From positions 111,538,001 to 111,602,000 of the forward strand of contig OX597819.1 of the NCBI GenBank assembly GCA_951406725.2: a stretch of DNA of 64,000 nt. The letters are read 5' to 3'. The stretch is from Octopus vulgaris. Taxonomy: Eukaryota. A program made the translations under genes and the position numbers. The notes under the pieces were generated by a model that saw nothing but the letters and a program-made list of their open reading frames with translations, did no database searches and had not been told where the DNA came from. This document shows, in pieces, positions 56,084 to 64,000 of the stretch (within the stretch, counting starts at the first letter, position 1; the number at the start of each line of letters is the position of its first letter).

Positions 56084-56607
56084 GATTGTGGTGGTGGTGG
56101 TGGTGGTGGTGGTGTGAAGGCAAGAGAAGAAACACAAACTTGTAACGATGTTAGGTCGTCAGGAGAGACATCAAAAGAAGTGGAAACGTTCAGATGAAGA
56201 TGGACGAAATGTGTATCAGCAGAGGAATGATGGGGGGGGGGGAGAAAATGGTTGCGGCGGAGGAGGGTTGTTATGGTGGCAATGATAGTGGAGATGGTGG
56301 TGATGGTGCTGGAGCTGGTGATGGCGGTGGACATTGTGGCAATGGCGGTGATGGCGGTGATGGTGTTGGTTGTCGTCGAGGTGGTGATGGTGGTGGAGTT
56401 GTTGTTGGTGGTGAAGTCGGGGAGGTCTGGTGACGATGGCGGTGGAGGGGTTGATGTTGGTTGTGTCAGTGCAGTAGTAGCGATGGTGGTGGTGGTGGTG
56501 GTGGTGGTGGTAGTGGTGGTGAAATTGGTAGTTATTGAAATGTTATTGACGTTCGTGACAATGACGAATGTGGAGGTGGTAGATGTGGGAAAAATAGATG
56601 AAGACAA
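55719..56607 (-). other. Low-complexity Thr/Pro/His-rich open frames, possible exon(s)
   Basis: 210-aa and 138-aa minus frames with protein-like stretches (SRPLSPPALPPPTSAQLLPAQPAQPP); no domain. Confidence 0.15.
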
Positions 56608-56868
56608 CGAAATGAAAGCAAAAACGAAGCGGAGTCACAATAACATCATCATCAAGACCATCCACAATAACGTTAACAAAACTAAGAATAAAATCAAAAT
56701 GGCGTCAGTTGTCTTTAGTCAAAAGTGAAGTTTCTCTTTGAGTGTTGAATATTTGTTCAGTGGTGGCCATGTGCATGTTTACTCAGCTAGCTTTTTTGTG
56801 AGTGGAGTAACACTGTAAAGAATGAGGGGTGTGAAAGGTCAGGTAGGGGTATGTAGGCGGTAATATAC

Positions 56869-56903
<35 letters not shown>

Positions 56904-57017
56904 TGCATACTGAGATGTATGAGAAGGGATGTCTATATATGTATGTGAATAAGAATATTTGTTTCGATGTCTGGGAATGGAAGCATGTATGGATAATGAT
57001 AAAAACAAAAATACATA

Positions 57018-57089
57018 GCCGTGATCGTCTAGTGGTTAGGATCCCACGTTGTGGCCGTGGTAACTCTGGTTCGAATCCTGGTCAAGAGA
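57018..57089 (+). pseudogene. tRNA-His(GTG) pseudogene, probable SINE head
   Basis: GCCGTGATCGTCTAGTGGTTAGGATCCCACGTTGTGGCCGTGGTAACTCTGGTTCGAATCCTGGTCA is near-identical to metazoan tRNA-His; 3 acceptor-stem mismatches and a T-stem mismatch. Confidence 0.85.
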
Positions 57090-57166
57090 GCCTCCCTAAA
57101 ATTTTTGCCCTGATGCAATACCAGGCACTGGCTCTCATAGTTTCTGATTTTAACTGATTGGAAGTG

Positions 57167-57228
<62 letters not shown>

Positions 57229-57231
57229 AAT

Positions 57232-57576
57232 AATACCAGCAGATGACAACGTTTCTCTAAAAGAAATGGAGAAACTTCCAAAATACAAAGACCTGAAAAT
57301 AGATGTGGAATCTAAAAACCAGAAACAATTCCTATCATTGTAGGTGCATTAGGCATGATAAAAAATATTCAGACAAATACATAACAAAAACACCAGGACT
57401 TACAAACACATATAACACACAGAAAATTGCTCTACTGGGCACTGCCCACATCCTACGCAAAACACTTTCAATACAGTAACCATAAGAGCATCACAACAAA
57501 TCACAGCGCATACCCAAGACACACAGAGCTGCGCTCGGTAGTGAAGTGAAAGCACGCTATAAAAATAAAACTACTG
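57232..57576 (+). mobile_element. Dong/R4-like element 3' fragment, copy 1
   Basis: IPADDNVSLKEMEKLPKYKDLKI; 3' end aaaataaaactactg then (TAA)n. Confidence 0.9.
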
Positions 57577-57603
57577 GCTAATAATTATAATAATAATAAT
57601 AAT

Positions 57604-58140
57604 ATGGAAGCTATACCAACACTGCAGAATAAGAAGAGAAAAAGATGGTTTAGGTCACACAAAATGAGAAAGCAACCATATGATGGGATTTGCCAAAACA
57701 CACAGATAGAGAAATTAAGGCCAATAGGCCGGATGTAGGTTTCAGAGATCACCAAGAAAAAAAACAATGCTTTCTAATCGATACATCAATAGCAGCAGAT
57801 GACAATGTTTCTCTAAGAGAAGCATAGAAACTTTCAAAATACAAAGATCTGGAAATAGAGGTAACTCGAATATGAAACCTAAAGACGCTCGTTAGTTATG
57901 ATAGAAATATTCAGACAAATACAGAACAAAAACATTAGGACTTACTGGTATATATAACATAAAGAAAATAGCACTACTAGGCACTGCACACATCATACGT
58001 AAAACACTTTCAATACAGTGAAAATAGGAGCACCATAACAAACCACAGCACAAACCCAAGACACACAGAGCTGCGCACGGTAGTGCACTGAAAGCACATA
58101 ATAAAAATAAGACTACTGAATAATAATAAAAATAAGACTA

Positions 58141-58143
<3 letters not shown>
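57604..58143 (+). mobile_element. Dong/R4-like element 3' fragment, copy 2 (most diverged, longest)
   Basis: NEKATI*WDLPKHTDREIKANRPDV..RD...CFLID; duplicated 3' terminus. Confidence 0.9.
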
Positions 58144-58230
<87 letters not shown>

Positions 58231-58233
<3 letters not shown>

Positions 58234-58656
58234 TAAGGCCAACAGACCAGATATAGTTGTCAGAGATCATGAAGAAAAAAAAATGCTTTCTAATTGATGT
58301 ATCAATACCGGCAGATGACAACGTGTCTCTAAAAGAAATGGAGAAACTCTCAAAATACAAAGACCTGGAAATAGAGGTAACTAGAATGTGGAATCTGAAA
58401 ACAGAAACAATTCCTATCATAGTAGGTGCATTAGGCATGATAAAAAAATATTCAGACAAATACATAACAAAAACACCAGGACTTACAAACTCATATAACA
58501 TACAGAAAATTGCACTACTAGGCACTGCACACATCCTACGCAGAACACTTTCCATACAATAACCATCAGAGCATCACAACAAATCACAGCACATACCCAA
58601 GGCACACAGAGCTGCGCTCGGTAGTGAAGTGAAAGCACGCTATAAAAATAAAACTA

Positions 58657-58659
<3 letters not shown>
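58231..58659 (+). mobile_element. Dong/R4-like element 3' fragment, copy 3 (best preserved)
   Basis: IKANRPDIVVRDHEEKK/CFLIDVSIP..KEMEKLSKYKDLEIEVTRMW..IPIIVGALG..LLGTAHILRRTL; PD-(D/E)xK restriction-like endonuclease; (TAA)n on both sides. Confidence 0.92.
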
Positions 58660-58735
<76 letters not shown>

Positions 58736-58777
58736 CAAGCAAGTTATTTATATATATAACAATGTAATCCCGTTATT

Positions 58778-58814
<37 letters not shown>

Positions 58815-59077
58815 ACATACATGTGCACGTGTATATACAAATAACAACTCTCGTAGGAACCCCACGAACGACTCATGAAATCATGATGCAACACAAGGAA
58901 AGAATTAACGGCGATAATGAAGCTATAGCCGATATATATATATATAATTAATAATAATAATATTAGGGAGTAAATCCAAACTTACAGGGAAAAATTAGAT
59001 TTAAGATTAAATCTAATTTTATAGTATAAATATATATATTATATTAAATTATATATATATGCATATAAATATAAGCA

Positions 59078-59482
59078 TTCTTTTACTTGTATAAGCCATT
59101 TGACTACGGCCATGCTGGAGCGCCGCCTTGAGGGGTTTTAGTGGAATAAATAGACCACAGAAATTATTCTTTAAGCCTAGTACTTATCTTTTCCTTTGGT
59201 TGAATCGCTGAGTTAGGGGGATGCAAACAAACCAACACCGATTGCCAAGCGGTGATGAGTGGGGTAACAAACACTGACACAAAGACACACACATACATAC
59301 ACATAAATATATACACACACATATATATATATAAATACGACGGGCTTCTTTCAGTTTTTTCAGTTTCCGCCTACCAAGTTCACTCACGAGGCTTTGGTCG
59401 GCACTAGGCTATTGTAGAAGACACTTTCCTAAGGTGCCATGCGGTTGGGAAGCAAACTTCTTACCAAAAAGCCATGCCTGCA
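59078..59482 (-). mobile_element. SINE family C (further fragment at 59600-59715)
   Basis: Match to 8925-9360. Confidence 0.85.
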
Positions 59483-59819
59483 CATATATATAAAATCATG
59501 TATGTGTGTGTATATATATATAATATATATACACTTACATATATGTACATATATATATACATGGTTATATATATATATATATATATATGTATATGAACAA
59601 CGGACTTCTTTCAGTTTCTGTTTGTCTAGTCCACGGCTTTGGTCGGCCTGGTAGACACATATTCAAAGTGCCAAGCTGTGATATTGAACCCAAGACCACA
59701 TGGTTTGGAAACAAGCTAAAAGCTGCGCTTGTGCTTATATGCGTGATGTATTTAAATAAAGATGTTTGCATTTTTGCGTGTACGAGTGAGCCTGCGAATA
59801 TAGAAATGCTTGAAATTAT

Positions 59820-59877
<58 letters not shown>

Positions 59878-60223
59878 GAGGAGGAGGAGGAGGAGGAGGG
59901 GTTGGGAAGGATCTTAGTTAAGATATTCCGTTCAGAATCAGGCAACCCCATTGCGTGGATCTTAATCAAGTGTCTTTTAATAGTAGCCTCGGGTCAACAA
60001 CACATCACCACATCAAATGCACTGACACACACACACACACACAATATATCACATAATGTAGACTGCGTGCAACGGACAAGAATCAGTATATCACACATAA
60101 GATACGATATACTTATAAAACACACAGACGTACACACACACGCACACACACACAAACACAAAAACACACATACACTACACAAATGCACGTATGCACGCAT
60201 ACACTTATACGTACATATACGTA

Positions 60224-60267
<44 letters not shown>

Positions 60268-60482
60268 TATATATATATATATACATATATATATATGCAT
60301 ATATATATATACATATATATATGCATATATATATATCCACATATATATGTGTGTGCATATATATATGCATATATGTACATATGTATATATATATATATAT
60401 ACATACATATATATACATATATATATATACATATATAAATATATATATATACATTTATATTATATTTTTTGTCTCTAATTTA

Positions 60483-60514
<32 letters not shown>

Positions 60515-60872
60515 CGTATATATATACATATATATATACATATATATATATACATATATTTATATATACATATATATATATACATATATTTATATATACA
60601 TATATATATATACATACATAAATATATGTATATATATACATACATATATATACACACTTACATACACACACATACATACATATCATGTATTAGATTTCAA
60701 AATATTTTGCAGAATTTTCAGAAATTGCCACATTCATGAAATTATGGACATTATTGAATACACACACACATAAACACATACACAAACACACGCATATATT
60801 ATACAAATACACCCACATAGATAAATTTCTTAATTTATAGATATATTACCAACAATCATTATATACCTGTAC

Positions 60873-60914
<42 letters not shown>

Positions 60915-61220
60915 GTGTGTGTGTGTTGCTTGTGTATACATACATACATATATAAATACATACATACATACATGTGCATACACGTACATTCATCACGCAT
61001 ACTCAGGCAGAACTTAGCATGCAGATACGCAGACACTTAACGCCAGTAAAAATCCATTGTTGCAAGTACAGTTTACCGACAAGCAATTTGTCTCACGCTC
61101 CCGTATTTTCTATCCTATGAAGGAACCCCAGCTGCAACATGGCGACACAAAGATCCTTAACTGGCACCAAATACACATCAATGTTCTTTCATGACGTCAC
61201 ACCCACTCTACCTTTCTCGA

Positions 61221-61255
<35 letters not shown>

Positions 61256-61384
61256 TGTGTGCATTTGTGTAGATTACACTTTTGGATATATGCACGTGCA
61301 CGCACTAATATGTACAAGAATATATATATATATATATACATACACCCACACCCACATATATATATATATATATATATATATAGG

Positions 61385-61453
61385 TGAACCTATACGCCAA
61401 CGAAACCGGGAAAATGGTCCTTATGAGCTAAGCATGGCTCAAAGAAGAACAAA
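61385..61453 (+). mobile_element. SINE A' tail-only fragment
   Basis: gaacctatacgccaacgaaaccgggaaaatggtccttatgagc. Confidence 0.7.
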
Positions 61454-61567
61454 CTATATATATATATATACATAAATTTATATTTAATGTAGGATAAAAT
61501 TTTTTAGAAGAAATTTTATTAATGGTCAGCATATTAAAAAATACCTTTAACGGTTAAAATTATAAAT

Positions 61568-62076
61568 AACTTATAAATAAGGGCAAACGGAAAAATTTAT
61601 AATGCCAAATATGCCGAAAAATTGGACATATTGTCCATAACCATATAATTTTTCACAATACGCACGCTACTCGAAAAAAAGCCGACAGAAATTTCTAAAA
61701 AAATCCATTATTACTATATCGGACCGATTTCAGGATTAGTTCGTAAGAACCCTCCCTTTGTCAGTGATAAATGTGGTAAAGAAATAAATGAAATACTTAC
61801 TCATACCCATGGAAGAAGTAAAACACTAAGTTATGAGCACAACTGAGTTGTGCTCATTTATTTCTTTACCACATTTATCACTGACGAAGGGAGGGTTTTT
61901 ACGAACTAACCCTGAAATCGGTCCGATATGGTAATAATGGAATTTTTTAGAAATTTCTGTCGTCTTTTTTCGAGTAGCGTGCGTATTGTGAAAAATTATA
62001 TGGTTTTGGACAATATGTTCAATTTTTCGGCATATTTGGCATAAGAAATCTTTTCGTTTGCCCTAATTAATAAGTT
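61568..62076. repeat. ~510-bp fold-back with ~220-bp arms (Penelope inverted-pLTR-like)
   Basis: 61568-61791 is a close reverse complement of 61854-62076; spacer region has the hairpin atgagcacaact-g-agttgtgctcat. Confidence 0.92.
61876..61928 (+). ncRNA. Minimal hammerhead ribozyme, intact core; the mirror copy on minus at 61717-61769 has G8A
   Basis: TATCA-CTGACGA(61881-87)-AGGG...CCCT-GAAA-TCG-GTC^CGATA; first helix I pair is a C.A mismatch. Confidence 0.6.
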
Positions 62077-62111
62077 TTATATATATATATATATATATAT
62101 ACATATATATA

Positions 62112-62300
62112 TTTCGTTTCAGGATTTGGTTTGCAAGATTCTTTATGTGAGTTCGTGTGTTGAAGCATATTATGTCGTGTTTTGGGAGATTCATCTTCTT
62201 TTTTTAGGAAAATAAAAAGTAAGGAATAAGTGGAAATTTTACCTGTGTGTTAAGTTATAAGGCACAAAAAGGAAATGACTCTCCCCAGACACAACAGAAT
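62112..62300. repeat. Unclassified repeat, partial forward plus inverted copy
   Basis: Homologous to 52053-52202. Confidence 0.75.
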
Positions 62301-62330
62301 ATATATATATATATACAAATATATATATAT

Positions 62331-62658
62331 ATCACCGCGACTGACTAGGCTATCAGATGTTGCTACACATCTCTGGTCACAATGCGCTAAGCGAGCAGGC
62401 CAACAGAAGAAAGAGTGAGAGAAATTTGTGGCGAAAGAGTACAGCAGGGATCGCCACCACACCCTGCCGGACCCACGTGGAGCTTCAGGTGTTTTCGCTC
62501 AATAAACACACACAACGCCCTGTCTGGGAATCGAAACTGCGATCCTGCGACCGCGAGTCCGCTGCCCTAACCACTGGGCCACCTCCCCCCATCCGTTTGT
62601 CTAGTATCATCCCTCTATGTCGAGCTCTTAGTGGCAAACCACTGGGCCATTGAGCCTC

Positions 62659-62659
<1 letters not shown>
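62331..62659 (-). mobile_element. SINE family A (tail type 2) with a 55-bp insertion in its head
   Basis: Match to 53213-53470; 13-bp duplication aaccactgggcca at 62569-62581 and 62637-62649. Confidence 0.85.
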
Positions 62660-62690
<31 letters not shown>

Positions 62691-64000
62691 CATATATATA
62701 CGTACGTATGTTTGTATGTATGTATTATCTATGTATCATAAGTAAATATATACCACGGTAGGATTGCAACTCAAAACGTAGAGATCGAAACTTATTTTAC
62801 ACAATGCTCTAACGATGCTAACAAACTGGTGCCCGCCTACTAACCAAATAATGCAAAGAAAATTAAATTCCTCTCTATTTAAAGAAATTGTCATATTGTA
62901 AATTACATTCATAGATAGTACGAAATTGTCAGCCTTCACAGATAATTTGCTGAATTGATCGAAATGAATGTATTATTAAAAGTTAACGTGTGGAATCAGA
63001 GATAATTTGAAAGATTTTAAGTTAAATACCAGACTGGTGAAAAACGTTTAAAAATAGTCCCTACGACCGTGATTCGAAACTGGTGCCACTGTGTTTGAAT
63101 AATGCAATGACTCACAGAAAAATAACGCTATACAGATTAACTATGCAGTACATAATTCTTATATATATATATATGTATGTATGTATGTATGGATGTATGT
63201 ATGTATTTATATATGTATGTACGTATGTATTTATGTATGTATGTATGTATGTATTTATGTATGTATGTATGTATGTATGTATGTATGTATGTATGTATGT
63301 ATGTATTTATGTATGTATGTATGTATGTATGTATAATGCATACATAACAACATAGATATATATATATGCCTGTGCATGTATGTATACATCTTACCACTTA
63401 TGCATATGTATATATATATATATATGCATATATATATATATATACTCATACATTTATGAAATTATGAGCGAATATATATATATACGTTGTACGTACGTAT
63501 ATATATGTATGTATATAAGTATATATATGTATGTGTGTACATGTGTTTTATGTATGTTTGCATTCATGTATGTCTTGAAGAATGGCCAAGTTCTCACGAT
63601 ACACCCTTCTATATTAAAATACCAAACTTGGGAACCAAAATATTCTTTGATTCTTCTCTTCCAGTCAATTCTTGTTCAAAGGATTAATCTTTCCCTCGTA
63701 AAAGGCTTAAGCGATTTGTTCTGTTTGCACTTGTGTTCAATATAGTTTGTACACATACACACACACACATACACACACACACACATACACACACACGTAC
63801 ACATACACAAATAATGCATGTATGCGTCTGCACCTGTGAATCTCCTAATATATCTATATATATAAAACTAACCTTCACATTCCCCCCACCCTATCCCACA
63901 CCCCTCCCTCACATACTTCATCCCTATCCCACACCCCTCCCCCACATACCTCACCTCTAACCCCACCCTCTGCCTACCCACAACCCCCGCTCTACCTCAG

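Noticed and set aside
57018-57089. Functional tRNA-His gene
   Set aside because: Acceptor stem has 3 of 7 mismatches and the T stem has a U-U pair
57168-58734. CRISPR-like or satellite array
   Set aside because: Eukaryotic context; the units encode a retroelement endonuclease and differ in 5' length
62720-63095. Possible Penelope endonuclease end with a CTGGTGA...CGAAACTGGT motif
   Set aside because: Protein similarity is too weak by eye and the motif has core and cleavage-site changes

Overview
AT-rich eukaryotic DNA dominated by repeats. The microsatellite load and the tRNA-derived SINE families resemble those I recall from Octopus (coleoid cephalopod); this is an inference, not a database result. 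No host gene could be confidently assembled, and most listed ORFs are translated microsatellites. The window holds at least 6 modular tRNA-SINE families (about 40 copies or fragments), remnants of CR1/L2-like, Tx1/L1-like, R4/Dong-like and Penelope-like retroelements, a mariner fragment, an hAT MITE and Helitron/Helentron elements. Most notable: (1) minimal type-I hammerhead ribozyme motifs in unrelated flanking sequence, the five best loci each with a self-complementary helix III and two loci arranged as back-to-back pairs in long inverted repeats; (2) three tandem Dong/R4 endonuclease fragments stacked in (TAA)n; (3) a tRNA-His pseudogene that appears to be the head of a long (AAT)n-associated SINE; (4) a SINE 3' tail matching the 3' end of a Tx1/L1-like LINE. 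All calls are by eye and boundaries are approximate.
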